From: Candidatus Omnitrophota bacterium | GTDB taxonomy: Bacteria > Omnitrophota > Gorgyraeia > JAFGHF01 | Assembly: GCA_020341815.1 (NCBI GenBank) | Contig: CP070837.1 | Span: 311,035-375,034, forward strand | Length of the DNA: 64,000 bases | Reading direction: 5' to 3' | Shown: positions 38,432 through 47,213 of the stretch, piece after piece | Layout of the letters: each line of letters opens with the position of its first letter | Position numbering within the stretch: the first letter of the stretch is position 1 | The notes under the pieces: generated by a model | Seen by the model: only the letters and a program-made list of their open reading frames with translations | Database searches by the model: none | What the model was told of the DNA's origin: nothing | Made by a program: the position numbers and the translations under genes

Positions 38432-39742
38432 TTGAAACGGAATGTACAGATGACCCAACTGGAACAGGCAAAAAAGAATAGAATAACTCCTCAAATGAAA
38501 AAGGTGGCTCGTAATGAAGGGGTTAGTTTTGAGTTTATTCGCGAGAAGCTTGCTGAGGGAAAAATAGTCATCCCTTACAATAAAATCCATAGCCCCAAGA
38601 GGCCTTGCGGCATAGGGGAGGGCTTAACCACAAAAGTCAACGCCAATATCGGCACTTCCAGTGACTATTCAAAGATAAACGAGGAACTGAAGAAAACGAA
38701 GATATCGGTCTTGGCCGGGGCCCATACCGTTATGGACCTAAGCACAGGGGGGAATATTTCTCAGGTGCGCAGAGCTATTTTACGAAATTGTCCTGTGCCT
38801 TTGGGGACCGTGCCTATCTATCAGTCCGCAATCAATGCAGTAAAAAATAACGGCTCCATTGCCGGAATGAGCGAAAACGACATCTTTGCAACCATCGAAG
38901 AACAGGCTAAAGACGGGGTGGACTTTTTCACTCTGCACTGCGGGGTAACGCTTGAGTCCGTTGCCCGCTTAAAGAATCAAGAAAGAATTACCGATGTGGT
39001 CAGCCGGGGCGGAGCCATTTTGATAGAATGGATGTCAAAGAATAAAAAAGAAAACCCCTTATATGAACATTTCGATCGGGTTTTGGATATTGTCAAGAAA
39101 TATGATGTGACCATAAGTCTGGGGGACGGCATGCGCCCGGGCTCAATAGCCGATGCCACCGACAGAACCCAGATTCAGGAATTAATTTTATTAGGAGAGT
39201 TGGCCGAGCGCTGCCGAAAAAAGGGCGTGCAGGTAATGATTGAGGGGCCCGGACACATGCCCCTGAATCAGATTCAAGCCAATGTCTTATTGCAGAAAAG
39301 GCTCTGCCACGGCGCTCCTTTCTATGTATTGGGGCCTTTAGTAACGGATAGCGCTCCCGGCTATGACCATATCACCGCTGCTATCGGCGGGGCCCAGGCC
39401 GCTTCTTACGGAGCCGACTTTCTCTGTTACGTAACTCGTTCGGAACATCTGAGGCTGCCTACGCTTGAAGATGTACGCGAAGGAGTAATCACTACGCGTA
39501 TCGCTGCCCATGCAGCCGATATCGCCAAAGGAATAAAAAAGGCCATAGACCATGATGCAAAAATATCAACTGCGCGCAGAAAAAGGAACTGGAGAAAACA
39601 GATAGAGCTGGCCATTGACCGTGAACGTCCCGGCAAGATGCGCCGGAAGTTTAAGTCATCGACCAAGGATGTCTGCACTATGTGCAGTGAATATTGCTCC
39701 ATGAAATTAATGGATTCGGCAAAAAGGGAGTTAAAGAAATGA
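38432..39742 (+). CDS. thiC: Phosphomethylpyrimidine synthase
   Basis: 436 aa radical-SAM-type ThiC with C-terminal CTMCSEYCSM cluster motif. TVMDLSTGG and EGPGHMP motifs. Confidence 0.92.
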   Translation: MKRNVQMTQLEQAKKNRITPQMKKVARNEGVSFEFIREKLAEGKIVIPYNKIHSPKRPCGIGEGLTTKVNANIGTSSDYSKINEELKKTKISVLAGAHTVMDLSTGGNISQVRRAILRNCPVPLGTVPIYQSAINAVKNNGSIAGMSENDIFATIEEQAKDGVDFFTLHCGVTLESVARLKNQERITDVVSRGGAILIEWMSKNKKENPLYEHFDRVLDIVKKYDVTISLGDGMRPGSIADATDRTQIQELILLGELAERCRKKGVQVMIEGPGHMPLNQIQANVLLQKRLCHGAPFYVLGPLVTDSAPGYDHITAAIGGAQAASYGADFLCYVTRSEHLRLPTLEDVREGVITTRIAAHAADIAKGIKKAIDHDAKISTARRKRNWRKQIELAIDRERPGKMRRKFKSSTKDVCTMCSEYCSMKLMDSAKRELKK

Positions 39743-40668
39743 GCATTTTAGTCGTAGGTACGGTAGCCCTGGATACGGTCCAAACTCCTTTCGGTAAAGT
39801 CAAGAATGCTCTTGGCGGTTCGGCCTCATATTCGGCCCTGAGCGCAAGTTTTTTTAGCAAAGTAAAACTCTCCTCTATTGTCGGAAGCGACTTTCCTCAA
39901 GAGTTTATAACCCTTTTCCAGAGAAGAGGAATTGACACCGAAGGATTGGATATAAAAAAGGGTAAGACCTTCAGATGGTCGGGCTTTTACAGCTACGACC
40001 TTAACACTGCCCAGACTCTAAAGACAGAATTAAATCTGCTTTCGCATTTTAATCCGGATATAAGCGGCGATTATCAAGATGCAAAATTTGTTCTTCTGGC
40101 GAATATCAGCCCGCATGTTCAACTGGAAGTTATCAGGCAACTAAAAGGCCCTCGCCTAATCGTCTGCGACACAATGAATTACTGGATCGAGCATGAACAA
40201 AAGCCCTTAAAGCAGGTGATTAAAAAAAGTGATATATTGATTTTGAATAATTCCGAGGCGCGGGAGCTGACTCAGGAATCCAATCTGATTAAAGCAGGTA
40301 AGGCCCTTCTTGCCCTCGGCGTGCGTCTGGTTATTGTAAAGAAAGGGGAATACGGCTGTTCGCTCTTTTCGCGAGGCTCCTCATTTTCTATCCCTGCCTA
40401 TTTACTGGAAAATGTCTTAGACCCTACGGGAGCAGGGGATACCTTTGCCGGTGGATTTTTAGGCTATCTTGCTGCCTGCCCTAAAATTACCGAATCCTCT
40501 TTTAAGGCGGCAATTGTCATAGGAACTATTATGTCTTCCTATGTCGTAGAAGACTTTAGCCTCAACCGTTTAAATAAATTAAAAAAAGAAGATATCCGCA
40601 ACAGGTTCGAGGCTTTTCAACGTATGACTAATTTCAGCAACAGGATTAATTTAAGGATGCGGGTGTAG
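39739..40668 (+). CDS. PfkB/ribokinase-family carbohydrate or nucleoside kinase. The track ORF at 39694 is over-extended; ATGA overlap with thiC.
   Basis: MSILVVGTVALDTV N-terminus. DPTGAGDTFAGGFLGYL anion-hole motif. 3' end overlaps tRNA-Gly by 10 nt. Confidence 0.75.
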   Translation: MSILVVGTVALDTVQTPFGKVKNALGGSASYSALSASFFSKVKLSSIVGSDFPQEFITLFQRRGIDTEGLDIKKGKTFRWSGFYSYDLNTAQTLKTELNLLSHFNPDISGDYQDAKFVLLANISPHVQLEVIRQLKGPRLIVCDTMNYWIEHEQKPLKQVIKKSDILILNNSEARELTQESNLIKAGKALLALGVRLVIVKKGEYGCSLFSRGSSFSIPAYLLENVLDPTGAGDTFAGGFLGYLAACPKITESSFKAAIVIGTIMSSYVVEDFSLNRLNKLKKEDIRNRFEAFQRMTNFSNRINLRMRV

Positions 40669-40729
40669 TTCAATGGTAGAACATTAGCTTCCCAAGCTAA
40701 CAGCGGCGGTTCGATTCCGCTCACCCGCT
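40659..40729 (+). tRNA. tRNA-Gly (anticodon CCC)
   Basis: Cloverleaf by hand: acceptor GCGGGTG / CACCCGC; D arm GTTC-AATGGTA-GAAC; anticodon stem TTAGC / GCTAA with loop TTCCCAA; T arm GGCGG-TTCGATT-CCGCT. No encoded CCA. Confidence 0.85.
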
Positions 40730-40757
40730 TTGCAGCTACTTGACAATTGACAAGAGA

Positions 40758-41441
40758 ATGAAAATGAAAAAGTTTTTATTATATATTGTATACTGTATAC
40801 TGACAATTAGTTTAATTGGCTGCGCTACCGGTGGCAGCAGGCGGGTGCCTCTTCCGCCGCAAGGAGCCAAGGGGCTATATCATCGGGTCAAAAAAGGCGA
40901 AAGCCTCTGGAGGATATCCAAGGCCTATGGGGTAGAGCTGGAGAAAATCTCCCGCACTAATCGGCTGGCCGACTCATCCAGAATTTATGTAGGCCAGCTT
41001 ATTTTTATTCCGGAGGCAACTAGTGTTATGGCCGATTTAACACTGGAGACGGACTTTACAGATAAAGGAGGCAATTTTATCTGGCCGGCGAAGGGCAGGG
41101 TCACCTCCTTTTTTGGAATGAAAAACGAGGGAGTGAAAAACAAAGGCATCTCCGTCCAGATAAACAAAGGTAATCCCGTTAAAGCAGCCCGCTCGGGAAA
41201 GGTAGCCTTCTGTAGTGAAAACCTAAAGGGTTACGGAAGGACAATTATCCTGGATCATTTAGACGGGTATTCCACAGTTTATGCTTACAATTCGGAGAAC
41301 TTGGTAGAATTGAATCAGCTGGTAAAACAGGGCCAGGTTATTGCCCGCGCAGGCACAAGCGGCAGGAAAAAAACCCCTGAGCTTTATTTTGAAATCAGAA
41401 AAGGGCATAAACCCCAGAACCCTTTCTTTTACCTGCCTTAA
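40758..41441 (+). CDS. LysM-M23 peptidoglycan endopeptidase lipoprotein. The track ORF begins at 40740.
   Basis: MKMKKFLLYIVYCILTISLIGC lipoprotein signal. LysM (YHRVKKGESLWRISKAYGVELEKISRTN). M23 (HLDGYSTVYAYNSE...ARAGTSG). Confidence 0.85.
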   Translation: MKMKKFLLYIVYCILTISLIGCATGGSRRVPLPPQGAKGLYHRVKKGESLWRISKAYGVELEKISRTNRLADSSRIYVGQLIFIPEATSVMADLTLETDFTDKGGNFIWPAKGRVTSFFGMKNEGVKNKGISVQINKGNPVKAARSGKVAFCSENLKGYGRTIILDHLDGYSTVYAYNSENLVELNQLVKQGQVIARAGTSGRKKTPELYFEIRKGHKPQNPFFYLP

Positions 41442-41455
41442 AGATAAGAGGATAT

Positions 41456-43084
41456 ATGTTCAGCGATCCTGTTGTCGGCAATAAATTTTTCGGAAGAAAC
41501 GTACCTTTAACTCTATTTTCCAAAAGGGTTAACGGCTTAAAGGACGGCTACCGGCAGAATATCGCAATTATCGGTCCTGAGCTTATCGGCAAGTCCTCCT
41601 TTGTCCTGCATTTCTTTTCCCAGTTTAAACACCCTCAGATTATTCCTATCTATATTGACTTAAGGCGAAATTCCTTCAGCCATTTTATTTATAAGTTCCT
41701 GGGCACCCTGCTTTATCAATATCTCAAGAATATAAATTTTCATCTTCCCCAGGAGTTTGAGGCCCTTAAAGAGTATGCCGAAAAGACTGTTCCCCAGACA
41801 GTCGGAGATATCCGCAAAGTTGAAGAATGCGTCAAGAATTCGCAATTTGACCGGGCCTACGAAAGCCTTTTAAAGCTGACTGCCGTTTTGAAAGAAGAAA
41901 GCGGCATGTCCTCTATAATCATACTGGATGAATTTCATCTTCTGGACAGCTATAAAATACGCTCGCCATTTTCCGTTTTCGCCAAAGAAATCATGATGCA
42001 GAAAGACACTATGTATGTACTTATCAGTTCACAGGTAAGTTATGCCAAAAGAATTTTTGCAAATGAGCTTTCTCTTCTGTTCGGAAATTTCGAGATTATC
42101 CATCTTGCGCCTTTTGATTACAAAACTTCCTGCGAATTCCTCAAAAAACGCTTTTGCGATATCAATCTGCCGCAAAATATCAGGGATTTTTTAATCGCTG
42201 AAAGCAACGGCCACCCTTTTTATCTGGATATATTGAGCAATAAGCTGGCAGAGAAGGCCAAAGAGCTCAATAAGAGCGAAATTACGAGCATTCTTTTGGC
42301 CGAGGCATTTAATTCCTTAATTTATGACTCCAAGGGAATCCTCAACCAATACTTTACAAATCTCATCGGCCAGAGTCTTAACGGCGCCGATTATTCAAAC
42401 TTTATGCCTGTTCTGGTATCTGCTACCACCCGAGCGATGAGCCTTGCCGATATATCCAGAACTACAAAGCGCCGGCCCAAGATTGTCTCGCGACAAGTCA
42501 ATTCTCTCCTGGATAAAGACCTGGTTGGTAAAGTAGGGACATTTTACAGAATACAGGATAAGATATTCCGCTTTTGGTTAAAATCGGTCTATCATAGAAA
42601 AAGCCTTTCCTTGAGCGTAGACCCCACCAGCCAGTCAAATGACTTCTCCAAGGAAATAGAAGCGCAAATCACGAGATTTTCCGAAGAGAATAAAAAGGAA
42701 TTGACCGAAAGAATAAGCGACCTCTTTAAATCTTTCGATAATGAAATTGTTGTGATTCAAAATAAATCTTCGAAATTCTGGCGCTTTGAAGAGGTCCGGC
42801 CGTGGCTGGCGAAAGAGTTAGATAATTGTATAATTGCCCGTTACAAGGACGGATACTGGGCCTGCCTGATTAAAAAAGAGCAGATTACGGAAAGCGAAAT
42901 ACAACAGTTCCTGCATTGTTGTAAAAGCTCGAAATATAAAATAAATAAGGCTATTGTTGTTGCTCTTGAGGAGCTGGACTTAAATGTGCGCCTGGCGGCT
43001 TTAGAGAAAAAACTCTGGATTTGGAACCTTTGCGACCTAAAGCTGCTTCTTGATATCTACGGAAAGGAGCAGATTGTCCAATGA
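41456..43084 (+). CDS. Arch_ATPase-family (PF01637-like) AAA ATPase with a winged-helix region and an extra C-terminal domain of about 180 aa. Function unknown.
   Basis: Walker A IIGPELIGKSS. Walker B SIIILDEFHLLD. wHTH-like SRQVNSLLDKDLVGKVGTFYRIQDKIFRFWL. The gene looks visibly more AT-rich than its neighbours. Confidence 0.6.
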   Translation: MFSDPVVGNKFFGRNVPLTLFSKRVNGLKDGYRQNIAIIGPELIGKSSFVLHFFSQFKHPQIIPIYIDLRRNSFSHFIYKFLGTLLYQYLKNINFHLPQEFEALKEYAEKTVPQTVGDIRKVEECVKNSQFDRAYESLLKLTAVLKEESGMSSIIILDEFHLLDSYKIRSPFSVFAKEIMMQKDTMYVLISSQVSYAKRIFANELSLLFGNFEIIHLAPFDYKTSCEFLKKRFCDINLPQNIRDFLIAESNGHPFYLDILSNKLAEKAKELNKSEITSILLAEAFNSLIYDSKGILNQYFTNLIGQSLNGADYSNFMPVLVSATTRAMSLADISRTTKRRPKIVSRQVNSLLDKDLVGKVGTFYRIQDKIFRFWLKSVYHRKSLSLSVDPTSQSNDFSKEIEAQITRFSEENKKELTERISDLFKSFDNEIVVIQNKSSKFWRFEEVRPWLAKELDNCIIARYKDGYWACLIKKEQITESEIQQFLHCCKSSKYKINKAIVVALEELDLNVRLAALEKKLWIWNLCDLKLLLDIYGKEQIVQ

Positions 43085-43572
43085 AAATAGGTATAATTTC
43101 CGATACCCACATACCTACGCCTGAGGACCTGCCGGATGAAGTCCTTAAAGCTCTAGCCGATACAGACTTAATCCTGCACGCAGGGGACCTGGTGAGCCTG
43201 GCTATTCTGGCAAGATTGAAAGAAATAGGCCCCGAAGTTAAAGCGGTATGGGGGAATATGGATCCGCCGGAGGTAAAACGCGCCCTGCCGGAGAAACAAC
43301 TCATTCAAATAAAAGAATTTCGTATTGGCCTGACGCACGGCTCAGGCGCACCAACAGGCCTGGTGGAAAAAGTGAAAGAGAAGTTCAAGGGGGAGCGGAT
43401 TGATTGTATAGTTTATGGTCATTCCCATTCTCCCGCCAACGAAATCCATGAAAATATCCTCTATTTCAATCCCGGCAGCCCCACCGATAAAGTATTCGCC
43501 CCGTATAATTCATACGGAATACTGGAAATAGACAAAAAGATAACGGGCAAAATAATAAAATTAACCGGTTAA
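43081..43572 (+). CDS. YfcE/MJ0936-family metallophosphoesterase
   Basis: MKIGIISDTHIP...LHAGDLVS...GNMD...GHSHSP calcineurin-like motif set. ATGA overlap with the upstream ATPase. Confidence 0.8.
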   Translation: MKIGIISDTHIPTPEDLPDEVLKALADTDLILHAGDLVSLAILARLKEIGPEVKAVWGNMDPPEVKRALPEKQLIQIKEFRIGLTHGSGAPTGLVEKVKEKFKGERIDCIVYGHSHSPANEIHENILYFNPGSPTDKVFAPYNSYGILEIDKKITGKIIKLTG

Positions 43573-43575
43573 ATT

Positions 43576-44733
43576 ATGCTTAAGCGTAAAGAGTTCGAGA
43601 AAGCCGAAGATAATTTCCTGGCAAGCTTTGCCGTCAAGAGCAAAAACTCTAAAGGACGCGTTTACCCAGAAAAAGAACACCCCTATCGTTCGGCTTTTCA
43701 ACGCGACAGAGACAGGATTATCCATTCCACGGCCTTCCGCAGGCTGGAATACAAAACCCAGGTTTTTGTCAATCATGAAGGCGACTATTACCGCACGCGC
43801 CTGACCCACACCTTAGAGGTTGCCCAGATTGCCAGGACCATTGCCCGGGCTCTTCGGCTAAACGAAGATTTGGTAGAGGCTATAGCCCTGGCTCATGACC
43901 TCGGGCACACCCCTTTCGGCCATGCGGGTGAGGAAACGCTAAATGAGCTAATGGCAGCACACGGCGGCTTTGAACACAATGCCCAGGGCTTGAGAGTAGT
44001 GGATTATCTTGAAGAAAGATACCCCGATTTTAAAGGGCTGAATCTAACCTGGGAGCTGAGGGAAGGCATCGTTAAACACTCAACGGCTTTTGACCACCCG
44101 CGCTTATGTTCGGAAGAATTCAAAAGTTACAGGTTTCCTACCTTAGAGGCACAGGTAGTGGATGTTGCCGATGAAATTGCCTATGACAGCCATGACACCG
44201 ATGATGGCATAACCTCAGGGCTTATTGATATCGAAGATCTTAGGCAGATTGAGCTTTGGTGCCGGGCTCAGGAAGAGATATCCCAAAAATACCCTCAATT
44301 GAAAGAAGAAATTCAAAAATACCAAATCGTTAAATCCCTGATCAATCTTCAGGTGCAGGATATAATTGAACAGGCAGAGCGGAATCTGGGTGAGTTTAAT
44401 ATCCGTTCTTTAAACGAAGTGAGAAATGCTTCCTCAAGGCTTTTGACATTTAGCGATGAAATCGCCGAAAAACGAAATCAGCTCAGACAACTGCTTAATC
44501 AAAAACTATACCAGCATTATAAGGTAGTAAGAATGTCCAGCAAGGCCCGAAAGTTCATTCAGGAGCTTTTTCAATGCTATATTTCCAATCCTCAGCAGCT
44601 TCCAACTACAAGCAGGGGAAGGCTGCAGGATGAAGGGGCCCACAGGGTTGTTTGTGATTATATAGCGGGCATGACAGACAGATACGCCCAGAATGAATAC
44701 CGCAGACTTTTCCAGCCCTATCAAAGCATATAA
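43576..44733 (+). CDS. dgt: dGTPase-like HD-domain deoxynucleoside triphosphate triphosphohydrolase
   Basis: RTRLTHTLEVAQIARTIA...HDLGHTPFGHAGE HD motif. 385 aa short-form Dgt. Confidence 0.85.
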   Translation: MLKRKEFEKAEDNFLASFAVKSKNSKGRVYPEKEHPYRSAFQRDRDRIIHSTAFRRLEYKTQVFVNHEGDYYRTRLTHTLEVAQIARTIARALRLNEDLVEAIALAHDLGHTPFGHAGEETLNELMAAHGGFEHNAQGLRVVDYLEERYPDFKGLNLTWELREGIVKHSTAFDHPRLCSEEFKSYRFPTLEAQVVDVADEIAYDSHDTDDGITSGLIDIEDLRQIELWCRAQEEISQKYPQLKEEIQKYQIVKSLINLQVQDIIEQAERNLGEFNIRSLNEVRNASSRLLTFSDEIAEKRNQLRQLLNQKLYQHYKVVRMSSKARKFIQELFQCYISNPQQLPTTSRGRLQDEGAHRVVCDYIAGMTDRYAQNEYRRLFQPYQSI

Positions 44734-44756
44734 AGCAGATAAAGATATATTTATGC

Positions 44757-44785
44757 TTGCCAGCTCTTATCTTTTAGGATATAAT
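44757..44785 (+). promoter_or_regulatory. Sigma70-type promoter TTGCCA-17-TATAAT upstream of the HD-GYP gene
   Basis: Consensus -10, good -35 and 17-nt spacing, 15 nt before the ATG at 44801. Confidence 0.5.
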
Positions 44786-44800
44786 TAGAAGTTAATTAAA

Positions 44801-46360
44801 ATGAGAAGAGATAAGAAGAAGTATCAAGAGGAACTCCTTAAGAAATTATCCAAGAGCCCCGGCCTTGGGAAAGAAAAAGAGCTCATCGCGCAACTATTTA
44901 AAAAGCCTCTGTTCTGGATAGCTGCAGGCCCAGGCGCAGATGTAATGTCTCTTGCGCGCGCCAATTCAATTTGCCGGGGAAGAAAAGGCCCAAAAAAAGA
45001 AAAGTGCCTTGAGTGCTTCAACCGGGTTCTGAAAAAGGCGAAGAAATCACGAAAATTAGAACGGTTTTTATGTCCGGCTCACTGCGGCGAGGGTTTTTGT
45101 CTGCCCCTGGTCCAAGGGGATGCCCTTTATGGCTTTTTGATGGTCTGCCATTTAGAGAACCGTCCTTCCCGTGAATTCTTGCGCTTATTCGAAGCCTTGA
45201 ATAGCACGCTTCTGGAAAAGGCACAGAAGGAACTGGAGTTATCCAAGCTTTATCAAAGCATCAGGCCCCGGGCAATAGCCTTATCTACGGTCCATACTAT
45301 TTACAGGCTAATCAGCTCAAGTCTTAATCTGGACGAATTGCTACCCAGGATTGCCAGACTTACGCTTCAGATATTACGGGCCAGGCGCTGCGTAATTAGT
45401 TTAGTGGATAAGAAAACCAAGCGGCTTATCCCCAAAACGGTTATAGATCTTTCTAAAAAGAAAACAAAGTTGCAAATCTCACCTATTCTCAAGAGAGTGC
45501 AGAGCAGGGTGATGCACAGCGGCAATATTTTGCTTAAGAAATCATATCTTTCGGTGCCATTAATCGATGAAGAGCCGATAGGGGTAATTACGGTCTCCGA
45601 GAAAACGAACAGAAAATCTTTTGATAATTTTGACCGGGAAATATTGACCGCTCTTTCTGAACAGGCCATAGGGGCGATAAAGAATGCCCAGCTTTATAAA
45701 GAGCAGGAAGATATGCTTCTGGGTACTGTTAAGTCGCTTTCGACTTTGCTTAAGGTCAAGTCGGGTTATCCCTATGCCCATTCAAAGATATTTATGGATA
45801 TCGTCATGGGTATTGCCCAGGAATTGCACTGCTCCGAAGAAGAGTTACGAAACTTGCGATTTGCCGCAATGCTGCATGATGCCGGAAAAATCGGAATTCC
45901 TGAAGAAATCTTAAAGAAACCCGCGCAGCTAAGCGGCAGGGAATACGAGATTGTTAAAAGGCATCCCAAAAAAGGGGCAAAAATCTTAAGTCCTCTGGAG
46001 CGGCTTAAACCCGCTGTTGAGGTTATCCTGCATCACCACGAGAGGTTTGACGGAACCGGATACCCCGACAAACTCAAAGGAGAAAAGATACCTCTGGGGG
46101 CCAGGATTATGGCCGTGGCCGATAGTTTTGAAGCTATGATTTCCCGGCGGCCGTATCGCAAATCTACTTCAATCCTTGAAGCTATTGAGGAAATCAAAAG
46201 ACAAAGCGGAAGGCAATTTGATCCGCGGATAATAAAAGCCTTTTTGAAATTCGCCAGAACCAAAGCTTTTGAAAAATTAATTTTTAAACGCATTCATCTG
46301 CCGGCTGAGCAATGGCCTGTACTCATGCGTATAATAAAAAAGGAGGGGGCGCATGTTTAA
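44801..46360 (+). CDS. Cys-rich N-terminal region plus GAF-like plus HD-GYP domain protein (putative c-di-GMP phosphodiesterase)
   Basis: HDAGKIGIPEEIL...HHERFDGTGYPDKLKGEKIP, the HD-GYP pattern. N-terminal CRGRK..KCLEC..CPAHCGEGFC cysteine cluster. Confidence 0.8.
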   Translation: MRRDKKKYQEELLKKLSKSPGLGKEKELIAQLFKKPLFWIAAGPGADVMSLARANSICRGRKGPKKEKCLECFNRVLKKAKKSRKLERFLCPAHCGEGFCLPLVQGDALYGFLMVCHLENRPSREFLRLFEALNSTLLEKAQKELELSKLYQSIRPRAIALSTVHTIYRLISSSLNLDELLPRIARLTLQILRARRCVISLVDKKTKRLIPKTVIDLSKKKTKLQISPILKRVQSRVMHSGNILLKKSYLSVPLIDEEPIGVITVSEKTNRKSFDNFDREILTALSEQAIGAIKNAQLYKEQEDMLLGTVKSLSTLLKVKSGYPYAHSKIFMDIVMGIAQELHCSEEELRNLRFAAMLHDAGKIGIPEEILKKPAQLSGREYEIVKRHPKKGAKILSPLERLKPAVEVILHHHERFDGTGYPDKLKGEKIPLGARIMAVADSFEAMISRRPYRKSTSILEAIEEIKRQSGRQFDPRIIKAFLKFARTKAFEKLIFKRIHLPAEQWPVLMRIIKKEGAHV

Positions 46361-46886
46361 TTCAAGCGGTAAAGATAAACAAGCGGAATTCTTCAGCGAC
46401 TTGCCTCAACCCAAAAAAAAGACCAAGAAAAAGGCTTTTGCCCTAACGCGCATCGCCATATCTTTATCGTATGAAAATCTTATATTTCTGGCAATTGGCT
46501 CGGTAATGATTCTGATGGTTTCCTATTCCCTGGGGGTAGAAAGAGGAAAAGGCTTAAATCCAGTTAAAACTGCAATAATAAAGGTTGAGGCCGAAGAAGA
46601 AGAAATTAAAGAAACGCCTACGGAAAAACGCCCTGAGGCCCAGAAAAAGATAAGGATAGAGGTTGCTTCCGGAAAATATACGATTCAGGTGGCCACTCTG
46701 CGCAGAACAAACTCCGTGGAAAAGGAATTGAAACGGCTTGAGAATCGGGGTTATGCCCCGTTCGTAATTAACCGGGGGAAATTTTCCGAAATATGCGTGG
46801 GAGACTATAAAGATAAAAGTGAGGCCTATATAGATTTGAAAAAATTAAAAAGCCTCTATGCCGATTGCTATATGCGCAATAAGTAA
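46353..46886 (+). CDS. SPOR-domain membrane protein
   Basis: N-terminal TM (IFLAIGSVMILMVSYSL). C-terminal YTIQVATLRRTNSVEKELKRLENRGYAPFV...GDYKDKSEA SPOR-like fold. Confidence 0.6.
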   Translation: MFNSSGKDKQAEFFSDLPQPKKKTKKKAFALTRIAISLSYENLIFLAIGSVMILMVSYSLGVERGKGLNPVKTAIIKVEAEEEEIKETPTEKRPEAQKKIRIEVASGKYTIQVATLRRTNSVEKELKRLENRGYAPFVINRGKFSEICVGDYKDKSEAYIDLKKLKSLYADCYMRNK

Positions 46887-46916
46887 AATGCTCAACGAGG
46901 AAAGGAGAAATGCAAC

Positions 46917-47213
46917 ATGTCTGTTCACCCCAGTTTAAGCTCAAAAGGTAAAAGTAAGCGCAGCCGAAGTGTGCTTAAGCGCTTTGAAAGAGTGAAGCAT
47001 CTGGAGGAAAAAGAAAAAAGAAAAGCAGACGATTCCGTCTTTGGCTTACCTAAAGTTAAGGCCGTTCGATGGAAGCTCAAGAAGACAAAGAAAGCCGCTG
47101 AGGCAGAGGCAGAGAAGCCCGAAACACAAGAGACTAAGGCGCCTGCCGCAGAGGCACCTGCTGCCAAGAAGAAACCTGCGTCAGGCAGGGAAGAAAAACC
47201 TCCTAAAAAATGA
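46917..47213 (+). CDS. Small, highly basic Lys/Ala/Glu-rich hypothetical protein (98 aa)
   Basis: RBS AAGGAGA 9 nt upstream. Low-complexity KKTKKAAEAEAEKPETQETKAPAAEAPAAKKKP tail. Confidence 0.5.
   Translation: MSVHPSLSSKGKSKRSRSVLKRFERVKHLEEKEKRKADDSVFGLPKVKAVRWKLKKTKKAAEAEAEKPETQETKAPAAEAPAAKKKPASGREEKPPKK

Noticed and set aside
40740-40757. Tandem TTGACAATTGACA just before the LysM-M23 gene, considered as a promoter
   Set aside because: The -35-like hexamers are only 12-18 nt from the start codon with no -10 element in between. More likely coincidence, or part of a promoter read in a different register.
43576-44733. dGTPase-like gene as a stand-alone anti-phage dNTP-depletion effector
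   Set aside because: Short-form Dgt homologues of about 380 aa are widespread housekeeping genes. On its own this is not evidence of defence, and it is only flagged in the context of the three-gene operon.
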